DNA from: Eledone cirrhosa | Lineage: Eukaryota | DNA length: 64,000 nt | Direction of reading: 5' to 3' | Assembly: GCA_964016885.1 (NCBI GenBank) | Contig: OZ024740.1 | Coordinates: 408,022,001 to 408,086,000, forward strand | Shown: in pieces, positions 39,119-51,900 of the stretch | Layout: each line of letters starts with the position of its first letter | Numbering within the stretch: position 1 is the first letter of the stretch | Notes under the pieces: model-generated | What the model was told of the DNA's origin: nothing | The model's database searches: none | Seen by the model: the letters and a program-made list of their open reading frames with translations, nothing else | Made by a program: the position numbers and the translations under genes

Positions 39119-41590
39119 GAAGTTTATGAAACGGAAATGCGGGTATAAAGAATTTATTAGGTAACAATTGTTTCTATAGTGTATGGGTTACCTATACCTC
39201 GCTATTTGAATAATATAAAAATATTATCATAAACCGAAGGTACACTGCAAGCAAACACACCATGTCGTCAGACCTTTGTATTGGAATGATATGAAAATAT
39301 TTGATACACTAGATAAAAGAGAAAGAAGGAGGAGAGGGAAATGAGTAAGGGGGAGGGAGTCCTAGGATTTAAGACTGTCAGACTAGTAGAGATTGTAAGG
39401 AGAGAATGTTTTGGCAGCAGTTAGCTTAATGAGGCGTGTTAGGGTTGGCGGGGGAAGTAAATTCTTCTAGTGGTGTTGTTCGGACAAAATTTAGTTAAAG
39501 GGGTCAAAGTGGTAGAGAGTTACAGACAAGTTATTGGGGCTATTATAGTAGCAGGTTATTTCTAAAGGGGTCCAGAAAACAGTGTTTAGTACTATTATTA
39601 TAGAAAGCCATATCTTGTGTATAAACATATAAAACAGAAATTTGCAAACAGTGGTGTAAAAAAGTAACATATGCATTTAAAAAAAGAAAAAGTCGTTTTC
39701 AAACGATGGTTACAGTATAGTGAACGTTCAATTTTGCTGTTCAAAAGTTTGTTTACCGATGTTAAAATGCAGTATATCTCCAAATTGCATAATTTGCAGA
39801 ATCGATGATTTTGCTTATATGCAGGCGCAGCTGCAAAAATTTGCCAATCAAGGGAGAATGCTTGATTGTTCCTCCGGAGCTGCCAGGCTTTATCGGCGAG
39901 GGTTGTTACGGAGCGCATTTTCTCGTGCTTGATCGAAGATCGATGTTGGTATAGGCGAGCTTTGAAAGAAGTTGTGGTACATTCGACGTAATACCATTTG
40001 TTGGTTCCGGAATTTATTGTACATCGGTAGACAATATTGCGTGCTAGGCACTGGTTATTCAGTGGGCACGTACCTAGTTTGGTGCAGTTACAATTATTTT
40101 TATGTTTTGCAGTAGAATCCTGGATAGTTTGGTGGGGTTGTAGTTGCGTGTTAGTGCATTGTATGTTGCTATGCTGGTGCGCTGAGTCATTAGGGATGTA
40201 CTTATTTAGTATTGCTGAGTTGAGTTTTTTAATTAGTTGCTCTATGTTAGGTGCAGTGGAGTATGAGAGTCTAATGGTGCGCTAGTTAAAGATTTTATAG
40301 TATTTATGTGAAGTTGTAAAGTGTTTATTGATTAGTGTATAGAATTGTGAGATAATCTTAGTGCTAATAGAAATATTGTACTCGGGGTTATACCATATGT
40401 ACTCTCTACGTCTGACTCTATTTGCTGGTTTGCACCTATTAGTATGCCTATTGATGTGTGTGTGTGTGGTGCAATACTAGTTCGACTTAGATGTGTTTTA
40501 TTCATAGTACTTATGTGGTTATCGTCTAGATATTCTATTTTCTCGCATAACCAGCTTTTCTAAGTGCGTCATTATAATATTCAGCATGCTCGTTGAAGGT
40601 CTGCAAATTAGACGACAGTCGGGAGATCCTTATGGATATATTTTTAGGGATAGATTTAATAATGGAATGGGGATGGTTCGATTTTACATTAACGTACTTG
40701 AGATTTTCATTAAGTTTGTGAAATGGCTCTATATTACCATTATTAAGGTTGAAGGTGACATCCAAGAAGTTGACCACCTTAAGATTGTGTTCGAAGGTAA
40801 TATTAAGCCCTAGTTCTAAGAAAAGTTTCCTAATGTTTTTACGTCGCCTTTCTAGGTTTTGTTTGTTCATATTCTTGACTAATAGAAGTGTATCGTCGCG
40901 GTATATTCCTCCGTGGAGGTCCGTAAATTCGCTCTGGAGTCTGTGGGCTATATAGATCCCAACCAGATCCGTGACCTCCGCCGAATCATTAGAACCCATC
41001 GTAATGTCGAATTCCGAGGGTCTATCTCTGCGGACCCAATAACTATTTTCAAAGTGCACTACTGTGCGTCTAGCTTCAAGTATAATATTAATTTCCTCGT
41101 TTGTGAGGTCCGAGTTAGTCTTAGCGAATGAGAGGGCCTTATGCAGGGTTTCGGGTGAAATAGAGGAATAGTATTCATCTATATCGAATTGAATAAAAGA
41201 AGATTTGTTCTTGTCCCTAATGTTATTGAACCATCTTATTGCCTGTTGAATATTACCCCATAATTTAATATCTACCTTAGCCTTAACTTGGGGGATAATG
41301 CGATCTAATATGTACTTACTGATTCTACCTATATCGGACTTTGAAGGACATATTAATCTAATTTTAGGGTTAGTATCGAAGTTATCCTTATGGTCCTTCA
41401 GATTAAAAGTCGGTGTAGCTGGAGATAGGGGTACCGTTCTGTCGTCAATTTTCAGTTTCTTAACAATATCACATGCTGCGTTATTAATGTTGGTTAGTGT
41501 AGTTGCGTTTGTTTTTTTGTACTTCCTATGTAATTCCTTACGTATAAAATTATTATATGTTTCTACATCAAGGGTGTATAGATTCGATGT
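39119..41590 (-). mobile_element. 5'-truncated Penelope-like retroelement (RT plus C-terminal GIY-YIG endonuclease)
   Basis: RT motifs LKDHK, RLICP, FDIDEYYSSI, TMGS, YRDD, NFLDV, SNHP; downstream WYNPEY, CNCTKLGTCPLNNQC, IVYRC...YYV, CKLCNLE; few stops; both ends abut GA/TA microsatellites. Confidence 0.9.
39159..39275 (-). ncRNA. Hammerhead ribozyme motif with a 90-nt stem II in the PLE 3' terminal region
   Basis: Minus strand: AGGT-CTGACGA-[90-nt hairpin]-GAAA-CAATT-GTT-ACCT; palindromic AACAATTGTT. Confidence 0.65.
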
Positions 41591-42132
41591 ATAGAGAGAG
41601 AGAGAGAGAGAATTATTAACAAAGCCCCGGCCTATGTCTTGCTCACTCAGTAATGAATCTGCCAAGTTGTAGTAATGCAACTGCAACCAGCATTTCAGAG
41701 TGCACACATTTTAGTTTATAGCAGGTAGGGTGGTGTCTGTGTTTTGGTAATATATATATTCATCATCATCATATACCAAGGACATGGCATCTTCCCTTGT
41801 GGTGGTGCCATGATAAAATGCACATAGTCTGTGACAGCATGCCCAACCCTAGTCAGGAAAACAGATGTTAAACAATGATGATGATATTTGTAAATCTAAA
41901 TGAGATGATATTTAAGGCACCAATTTAAGTAAAAAGCTATACTTGTAATACTTTTTACTCATTGTATTTTATCTTTAGATTTTATTTTTCCTAATTTTAA
42001 ATGGTTGTGTATATAGAAATTTATATTTTTTAGAGGGCTGTACTATGTCACTGTCCTTGAAGAACTCAGTCTGCAATTTGTTTTCAATTCCCACAAACAT
42101 CATTTACACAATGGAGAAATACATGGGTATCA

Positions 42133-42360
42133 TTAACCCTTTAGCATTTAAATCGGCTGTATCAGGCCAGAATTCTTTCACCTCTTTCTGTTGAAACCAG
42201 CCATAACTGGCTTCTCATACTGACTTTAAGGTATTGTTCTCAAAATAAATAATATCAAAATCTCATAGATTTGATATTTGTGAGATATGTATGTGAGGTA
42301 AAACCTTTTCTGTGAAAATACATTAGTAAATATAGAGTAATGTGGATGTTAAAGGGTTAA
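42133..42360 (+). mobile_element. piggyBac-type MITE family 1
   Basis: TTAA flanks and TIRs. Confidence 0.85.
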
Positions 42361-43446
42361 CTCATACTAAGTTTAGGAAAGAAAACAAATAACCTTTACT
42401 TGTTTGTTCTGAGTTACCTTTTCAATTTACTGTTTAGTTTTTTCCTTCTCTTCTCTCCATCTCTTTATCATACTTTATGTATCTCTTGCATAATAGACAC
42501 ATTTTACTACAAAGGTTTTACATTAGTTCTGTTGTAAATTTAATGATTTTTTTTTTGTTATTTTCTTTATTTTCTTTATTAATAACTGTTACACTGTTAT
42601 TGAAAATACTATACAATCTTTATAGAATATTTTCCTAAGATGTTGGAATGTATCTTAGGTCCTAAGGTTGATATATTTCATCACAGTTAGATGTGATATA
42701 TTTTGAAAAAAAATATCCTTATATCAAATAAATGCATCAATGCACATATACTTATTTAATCCTTTAGTCACTGGTTGAGAGAATACTTGAATTTTTTCTC
42801 CTTCCTATACATTAGATATGTAGAAAATTGTAAATTTTCTATTTCATTTCCTTAGTTAATATATATATTTGAATAGTTTAAATGTTTCTAAAAACATTAT
42901 ATTTTTTCCTATGAAAATCCTTTTTAAAAAATATGGCTGCAGGCTTATTGTATAAAAGCTGACAAATATAGAAATTTAATCATACAAATGATGATGATAA
43001 TGATGACAACAACAATGAACATTTTCCACATCTAGCTACTGTTAGGCACATTTGCTGCTCAGCTTATTGTTCCATGACTAATATGAATTTATTATTCATT
43101 TATATATAAAATAGGGAAAATATATTTCTAGATTTAGCAAGTCTTGTTTCTGAATCAACAAAAAGAAAGCTTTTCAGATTCTATTTAAAGTATTAGGTAA
43201 TCTAAGAACCCCTAAAAGTTAATGATAGTATGTATCACGTGTTTAGGCTCATAATGTTTTACACATATTTTCTTACGACCATTTTAATGAAGCTGGATAA
43301 AGACTGGAGAAAGAAATTTGAGTAAATGAATTTGATACTGTTCTAATTCTGAAACATAATTTTGAAGTATATTATTCTCTCTTTTACTATTAACATACTT
43401 CTTTTAAAGGGAATTCTAACAATAAAAATATTTGTTTTATATATAT

Positions 43447-43507
<61 letters not shown>

Positions 43508-43647
43508 AATTAAAATACTAGAGTGTGTTGGAGTTAAACACCCTCTTCGTATTATAGAAATGACAGTAAAGGTATAGCTCAATGTAATTAAACAGAGCCG
43601 AAGAATTATGAAAATAAACCAAAGAAGCCGTCAATACATCAAAAGTC

Positions 43648-43693
43648 ATTAGCCAACAATGTTTCGTCATATTAAGGACTCATCAGGGCAATT
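43648..43693 (-). ncRNA. Minimal type I hammerhead ribozyme motif
   Basis: Minus strand: AATTGCC-CTGATGA-GTC CTTAATAT GAC-GAAA-CATT-GTT-GGCTAAT; about 140 nt from (TA)n. Confidence 0.75.
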
Positions 43694-45429
43694 AAAGCTA
43701 TAAGAAGCACTATCGGCCAATACAAGCCAAAAACTCAGAAGAACATGGAGTGTACATACATTAAAGCATAGGAAAATTATCGAGTAAAAATTATCAAGTA
43801 AAAATTGCTAAGGAAGTGAATAACATTTTGAACCATATTACAAATATAGTACAATGCATAAACTAAAGCTAAACAAAGGTGGTGATATAGAGTGGGAATT
43901 ATTGTACTATATATAATATAATATAATATAATATAATATAATATAATTGATAATGATAATAATAATAATATTAAAAGGCCCAATATACATATATATATAT
44001 ATATATACATATGTACACATATATACATATATATCAATACACATTTCCATCAATACAAGCACAAACTAACACTTATTAAGAGTTTAAATATAAATAAAAA
44101 TAATAAGAATAAAAATAAAAATAACAATAAAAATAAAAATATAATACATATATTATTTACAGTATAAAATGAAGAAGAAATGAGTATATAATGAACATAT
44201 AATATATAATATACTATATAATTATATAATTATATAATTGATAATCTCCGGTTAATTTGCACAAACAATATAAATGTTACAATAACACTATAATAACAAT
44301 ATTATAATATATTGGCATATAACTTAACAAATCATATATAGTTACAGACAGGGTGAGAAAAAATATCATACAGAACTAAATTATGTTGAAAAAATTGTGC
44401 TGGAAAAATATCAATACCATTGCAAGAAAACAGATGGAGGTCAAGTTTTTATACAATTGGTATAAATAAATATTATCCAAACATTACAAAAATTATAAAA
44501 ATATAAACATATTACAGAATTTACAAAATTTAACATAATGATACATTTAATAATTGGTAAATAATTAAGATCAATAGTACGTTTACAAAGAGTGGAATGA
44601 TATAACAACTTCAATATCAAATAATGAATATAGTATAATATACATAATTACATGGTCAGTGGACAGACATTTGTGAATAAGTGAATAAGAACCAGACAGA
44701 AAACTACGCACTGTAGTATAAATATATAAATAAAATCAACCGGAAATCGAAAAACAAAAACAAAAGTATTTACTTAGGTGTCACATGCGGTTAAGTAAAA
44801 AATTTAGGAAACAAACCCAGATAAATGACTAGAAAACCCTATTAGATTAATTAATATTGAAAGTATTTAAAATACAAAAGTCAATACAAAATTAGCTATG
44901 GTTTAAGTAATCAAAATCTCCAAAGTTTAAGATATCTCAATAAAAATATCCAGAAAAGAATGAAATATTCTACTATCAGTTGAATAACGTTATCTAATAA
45001 ACGGACTTTAAATAGAATTATGGTAGGCCAATGGGGACAGAAAAAAGAAATGTATGAAGGATACGAAGGAGCATAAAATCATAATCAATATACTGTATTA
45101 TACAATAGAAAGGAGCATAAAAGGGAAATAAATATAATTATAGTATAATTGAAGGGGCGAATGACAAGTGTGTGTGTGTGTGGGGGGGGGGGTAATTATC
45201 TAAAGAAGAATCCAAATAAAATAAAATAAGATAAAATAAAATAAAATAAAATATATAATCAGATATAAACTCATAAGGTGTTAATAGTGAAAATATAATA
45301 TTTAAGAAGATAGATATGGTATGGTAGCTAAAAGACTATGAAAGCTAGATTGAAAAGCTGTTAAAAACCAATAATAATAATGATGGTGGTAAACATTTCA
45401 ACATCATTTAAATATATATATATATTATC

Positions 45430-45620
45430 AGTACAGATTAAAAGTTTAAGCAAAGAATGTCTGCTATCACCCTAAGCGGGATGTTCTGAAACTGAGAAAA
45501 ATTAATCTCTTGATGTAGAAGTAAATATTTCAAAATAGTTACGACCCGACCAAATATTGTCTTTAGAAAACAGGAAGACATGACTGCAGTATGTGAAGAC
45601 ATTCTCTTGAGATGGGCGAA
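45430..45620 (-). mobile_element. Helitron family internal fragment
   Basis: AGTTTAAGCAAAGAAT...CAGGAAGAC shared with 32940-33060. Confidence 0.6.
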
Positions 45621-45721
45621 ATCTATATTTTCTCTACGGGCTTATATATGCTTATATATATATATATATACATATATATATACACAATCCTTATTGAGTC
45701 CTTTTCGGATTTTGATCTTTA

Positions 45722-45819
45722 AATGGCTTCTCCGGGACTAGAACTATTTCATTCATATGAAATCATCAGGAATGCCCTGATAATTTCATACGAATGAAAC
45801 AGTTCCTGTAGAAGCCATT
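45722..45819. ncRNA. Head-to-head inverted pair of degenerate hammerhead motifs
   Basis: Plus: CTGATAA-TTTCATACGAAT-GAAA-CAG TTC CTG-TA-GAAGCC; minus: GGCATTC-CTGATGA-TTTCATATGAAT-GAAA...GAAGCC. Confidence 0.55.
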
Positions 45820-45828
45820 CCTGCATTA

Positions 45829-46020
45829 AATAATTGTTTCTACTTTTGGCACAAGGCCACCAATTACCCAGTAGATTACTGGTACTTTATTTTATCGACC
45901 CCATAAGGATGAAAGGCAAAGTTAACTTCGGCGGGATTTGAACTCAGAATGGCAAGGGCCGTAACTCTATACGTCAAAGCATGGCGTCCGACCTTCTACC
46001 GATACTGCCAATTCACTGCC
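45829..46020 (-). mobile_element. SINE family A
   Basis: Full length; TTAAATAAT duplication. Confidence 0.85.
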
Positions 46021-47554
46021 TTAAATAATGATGTTCACACTCTACTAATGTTTTGGGTCCCTTATTTACTATGGTTACCCCTGATTTAACTCAGGATCTT
46101 CATATACATATATAAAGAATGATGTGTTCATGCATAGAGATGCTAACAAAAATAACTTATAAAATAGGGTGAAGGGCCTTAAAAGACGAATGAAGAAGTA
46201 GCCATCAGCTGTCATGAGGAAATCAAATGCCAAATCTCCTAGATACCAACTAGGCACCATTAATCAAAAGGACCATGACAGATCTTACCATTTTAAATTA
46301 GATAGCTGAATCACACACAGCTTTCACATGAAAAAACAATTCTTTTAGAGTAATTATGTAAATTAGCAAAGTATTGTTTTAAAAATGTTTTCTGAGAAAA
46401 TAAACTAAAATGTTTAAGAAAAATTTATTTGGGGTTTAGAGCTTTATTTTTTTCTATTTTTATGAACCTCAATTTGAAATGTCTTCTGAATTACTTAGAT
46501 ACAACAATTCTGAATAAATCAAAATTCCAAGAGCAATTGAAAATCCTTTAAAAGCAATTTATCCAAAATATATTTTGGGTAAGGCCAGCTCCTGCAGCTT
46601 GTATATATGAAGATTTATTTTTAAAAAATGTTTTCTCATTAGTGAACTATATATATTCCTATTTCTATGTTGGTATGAGTAAGAAGGCTTTTGTAAATCT
46701 AGACATGTGTATATAGTTTGAATATATTGGTTCTACAACCAGATATCCTTCCTACTGTTAACCATTCATATCTCAGGCATAAAGACTAAGGCCAAACAGT
46801 TATGTTTTTTTTCTGGATGAAACCTATTATGATCCGTCTGGATTAAAGAAACACACTGTGTGGTTCTTTCTTCTCTTCTTTCTGCATTTGACATCGCAAA
46901 TGGTTATATTTTTTGTCTCTACTTTTTCTTTTACATTTGACATCACAGGTTGTAACATTTGTTTATGCTCTGTATAAGCAGGGATCCCACTGCTTTGCAG
47001 TTAGATTTATGAAGATTTGTACCTTATTTATTTTTTTTTTTTTTAAAGTGAGGATTGGCATCAGTAAGGGCATTCGGTCATGGAGTTCTGCCTCAGGAAA
47101 TCATGTCCAACCCATGCCAGTGCAGAAAAACATATGTAAGACAGACGATGATAATGTGATGATTGGCTCTGTTTTGGTTTTTATATTTTTATGAGTGAAA
47201 TGATAATGGTGATAAACTTATATTGAGTAACCTGAAATTGAAGTATGTTTATTACTTTGGAACTGCTGAAAAATTAAGCAAGTAAACATGATCCCAAATA
47301 CCCAGATAACTGGTCATAAATATTTTCTTATTAAGTAAGCTAATAGATGTGATTGAGAGCAGAAATTATCAATTATTTGTTTGTTCAATATGATGCAATT
47401 AATTACTAGAGTTGTCCAAAGCATAACAATGGAACATTTGAATTACAATGACAATAGAGTTTTATCAATAATAAAAGGTGTATTTCAGCTATATCCTGTA
47501 TTTATTATAATAAAAGCTGAAGCTAATTTACTCATATTTATATATTAGGGAGGA

Positions 47555-47585
<31 letters not shown>

Positions 47586-48249
47586 GTTTATATATATATA
47601 TAAAGGGTAGACAACTATCTATGCTTATCTAGGTAATTATGTACATACATTAATATGTGTAAACTATTCACACACATATATATGTTTTCTCCCTCTATAT
47701 ATATAAAACACACACACATTGATGTATACTCATAAGTAGTGTTTATTTGTATTTTAACTTAGTTAGAAGATAATATATTATTACATATCTCTTTTCAAAG
47801 ATTGCTGAATGAAGTAAACATGAGGTAACTTAATATGGGTTTTGTTTAATAAATAACCACTCAGCCTAGCAACACCCAGCCTATTGTAAACATTAAGATA
47901 CTGTTTTACCTTAATAGGTACTTTACATTATACAATGGACAGAAACTAATTTCTTTTCTTTCCTTTCCTAACAGTTTTCTTTATTATATATATAACTAAC
48001 ATAAAAACGAAATTATTAGAGTAACATATAAAAAAAAAATAACATTAGTAGTGACAAAAAAACAAAAGAAAATGTGCTTTCTTCTCTTAGCTATTGGCCA
48101 CTGTGACAAGGTAGTAAAACACCTGTAATTTATAAAGTACACCTATAAAAAAGAAAGAGTGTCTTCTAATGAGTTAGGCCATTGGAAGATGTCTTTCAGA
48201 GAGCTTTGTGCAAATCTGATGACAGGATACAAACATATTTTGGCAGCCT

Positions 48250-48530
48250 TCTGGTGTCTTTGGCCCTAGGACCACCTTCCTGCTCACCATCATCAGCACA
48301 GAGTTGGCTACTTGCAGGTGCTCACTTCGCGAGCTGGAATGATTCTTTCAGCGCATCTCCCTCACCATCCTCTGGGGCAATGCCTTCTCTATTCTGTCTG
48401 CCAGGGCTGCTAGGGTGGCTAGCGTGTGGGCCCCCATTTGCTCACAATAGTGAGAGATTGGGAGAGTAGGAGAGATGGAGGCAGTGACAGTGGGAGTTTG
48501 GTTCTTGTGTGTTTGGACCTGGTGTATATA
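48250..48530 (+). mobile_element. CRE-like RLE 3' fragment
   Basis: Homologous to 7400-7680. Confidence 0.7.
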
Positions 48531-49147
48531 TGTGTATATAAGAGAGAATGAGTCTTTCCCACTAACTTAACAGATTTGTTTAATTGTGCTTACTACATCA
48601 CAGTAAATATTGAAATCTTTATTTTAGCTGTTACAGTCTCTCCCTCCTGACTTTGTCAGTTACAGTTTAGAATTTCTTGCAGTTAACATTATATTGATAC
48701 TAGAAAGGTGGATATTAGAATGAGTAGACCATTGGTTAAAATACCTTGCTTTATTTCAATACATCCTTTTATATTTTGATATCACATCCCACAGCAGTTA
48801 AATTAGTTATTTAACCTTCCCAGGTTCATAAAATAAATACCAGTCAAGTAATAAAGTTGATATTATTATCTCTTCTCCCCACTAAGATATTATATTGATA
48901 CTGATGTGTGGTCTGAAAACTTATAAGTAAAGAATTTTGAATTTATTGTAGGTTATCATAGAGCTTCTGCTGTAACCTCAGGGGATAGAACACACACTCT
49001 CTCCCCCCTTCTCCCTCTCCCCCTCTCTCTCTTTCTTACTTTTATTAATTTATGATGGGCTTCCAAACAGTTTTTGACTACTAATTTCCACTCACAAAGT
49101 ATTGGTCAATCTGAAGACAGTTGAAGACCCTGACCAAATTCTGGTGA

Positions 49148-49327
49148 AATAATTGTTTCTACTTTAGGCACAAGGCCAGCAATTACCTAGTACATTACTG
49201 GTACTTTATTTTATCGACCCCGTAAGGATGAAAGGAAAAGTTAACCTCGGCAGGATTTGAACTCAGACTGCAAAGGGACATAACTATGCTAGAAAGCATG
49301 GTGCCCAACCCTCTACCGATACTGCCG
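49148..49327 (-). mobile_element. SINE family A
   Basis: GGTGAAATAAT duplication. Confidence 0.85.
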
Positions 49328-49339
49328 GTGAAATAATGA

Positions 49340-50060
49340 TGGATAAAGAACTACAGCAAATTCATCTTGATGAATTTATTGGTTTTGATATCCCTTGAAC
49401 TTAATTAAAAAGGTAAAGGAACTGGGTATATCTATAAACTTAGCACGCCTAGACAAAAAATTGAGAAAGTTATTATTCCATTTACCAACATTTATGATCC
49501 AGGGGTATCATATTTGCCACCATTAAAACAAACCTGCCAAACTTGTTCCAAAGCACAAAAATGAAAGATCTAGTGAAAGAAACCTCAATCATCAACAGCA
49601 AATGCCAACCAACCAAAGAACCCTTCAAAACATCTCACAAGGATAAGTTATGTAAGAAAATAATTCCAAATGTTCCATTGGAATTTGTAGAGATATCAGG
49701 TATTGGATATACAGTAGAGACATATGTAACTATTTGAAAACTGTTTCCAAAATGAAATTAAAAAACAAACAATCCTTTAAAATAAATGCAGAAATGAACA
49801 GCAAAACAGAAAATCTAATATATTGTATAGTCTTAGCATGGCTGCAAAGAGAATTATATTGGTCAGATCGGTAACTCTGTTTGAACGAATCAGAATACAT
49901 AAATAATATATTTAGAACCAGAACTAAGAAATCCCACTGAGTAAACATTTAGAAATTTGCAGGAACTGTAAATTTAAAATATTTCCTTCTTATAAATGCT
50001 CAAGAGATGGACATGGAGAAATATTATATAAACAAACTCAATCTGAAACTAAACCATAAC
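49340..50060 (+). pseudogene. Degenerate second Penelope-like element (linker plus GIY-YIG)
   Basis: IPFTNIYDP, INSKCQP, NLIYCI..CKENYIGQ, ERIRIHK and EKYYINKL..LN in broken frames. Confidence 0.6.
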
Positions 50061-50262
50061 AGCTCTAGTTAATAGGATGTGAAAATACACACAGTAAACT
50101 TCCAATTTCACTTTCCTTTTAACAACAACTGACTTTACATCTTAATGAAGAATGAAAGCACTAGACCATATTTATAAATAGTGTTTTATATTACTTCTTC
50201 TGACATTTATACCATTCTTTACATAACTGGCTTACACACACAGATGCACACACACACACACA

Positions 50263-51272
50263 CATCATCATCATCATCATCATCATCATCATTGTTTTTA
50301 TGTCCACTTTTCCATGCTTGCATGAGATGGATGAGTCCTTCTCAGCCGGGCATCTCTCAACAAGTCATGATTCTTTGTCATCACTCCTGTGAGTGTCAGT
50401 GATTTGAGCTCAGTTCTCACAACCTTTGCCCAGGTCTTTCTTGGTCTATCCCTAACATGGCTGCCTTCCAATGGCATTTCTTTGCCCAATGATCATTGTC
50501 CATGCATATCACATGTTCAAATCAATGTAATCTTCTCTCCTGCACACCACCTCAAATTCCTCTTAAACCCAGCTTCTCCCTCAACTCGTCTAAGCTCTGC
50601 TTTTCTCTCACATTTACATTGCACACCCAATGGAGCATGTTTGTTTCATTTCTCTCTAGTCTACACATGTCCTCTGCAGTCACAGCCCATGTTTCTCTAC
50701 CATGCAGCATTGCATTTTGCACACAGGTGTCATACAGTCGCCCTTTTGTACGTAGAGAGAAATTTTTTGTGGTCAACAGTGGGAATAGCTCTCTAAACTT
50801 TTTCTATCCTATCCTTATTCTAGCCATTATGCTCTGAGAACACCCTCCTCCATTTCTAATTACATTGCCTAGATTGCAGAAGATATCAACCACTTGAGTC
50901 TTTCCTGTGACTAGGATAGGTTTACATCACAGGCTGTCTCCCTCTTGGTTATTCCTGTGCATCTTCTACAAACAAAGTCTTCTTGTCTTGTTAGTCTACC
51001 CATTATCCCACTACATCTCTTGTGCATCTAAGATTTACATTGTGTACATCATATAGAGTTTATGTCTACTCCTTATCTACACAAGGCCACTTCCCTGAAG
51101 GAATCAGGGTCCTATCTTCTCTCCTACTTATTAAGACTTTAGTTTTGGATAAGTTTACTCTCAGGCCTTTTAATTCTAAATTCTGTTTCCATAGTCGGAA
51201 CTTATTTTCTAGATCTCTAGTTGATTTGGCTATAAAGACCAGATCATCTGCATAGAGAAATTCCCATGGCCA
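50263..51272 (-). mobile_element. 5'-truncated RTE LINE
   Basis: PWEFLYADDL...KGLRVNLSKTK...SGKWPC...LHGRETW; (GAT)n tail. Confidence 0.9.
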
Positions 51273-51900
51273 TACAAACATAGCCTACACACACATATGT
51301 GCACGCTTATTATTTAATCATCATATTTGATTGTCAAAGCTCTTTCATCACACAGTCTGTAACCTTCTCATTGGTCATTTGCTTTCTCAGTGACTATTGA
51401 CAACATCACAGAATGTATGATGAAAGTGCTTTGACAATTAAATAACCATCTAGTTATTAAACTAACCAAGGAATTGAGTAGCCAGCTGATTATTAATGAT
51501 TTCTAATATAGACACAAGGCTTGTAATTTATGGGGAGGGATGAGTCGATTTTATTGTCCTCAGTATTTGACTGGTACTCTATTCTATTGAGTATGGAAGG
51601 ATAAAAGCCGATGTTGACTTCAGCAGTATTTGAACTCAGAATGTAAAACGCCGAAATAAATACTTCGAAGCTGATACAATAATAATTCTGCTAATCTACT
51701 GCTCTATCTAACTAATAATAAAACAAAAGTGAAATTCAACAACTGTCAACTGATGCATGTGTTTTTATTGGCACCATGATCCTCCCAAATTATGATATCT
51801 GTTTCAACAAACAATTTTACTTCAAGAATCTTGCAAAACAAATACAAAACCCCGAAGTGTGTATGTGGGTGGGTGTGTGTGTGTATGTATATATATATAT

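Noticed and set aside
41591-41707. N-terminal 40 aa of the 390-aa ORF
   Set aside because: It reads through a (GA)n tract and flanking DNA, so it is not part of the truncated PLE RT
46810-46870. CTGGATGA...GAAACACACTGTGTG hammerhead-like motif
   Set aside because: Extra G in the core, no NUH after stem III and no stem I
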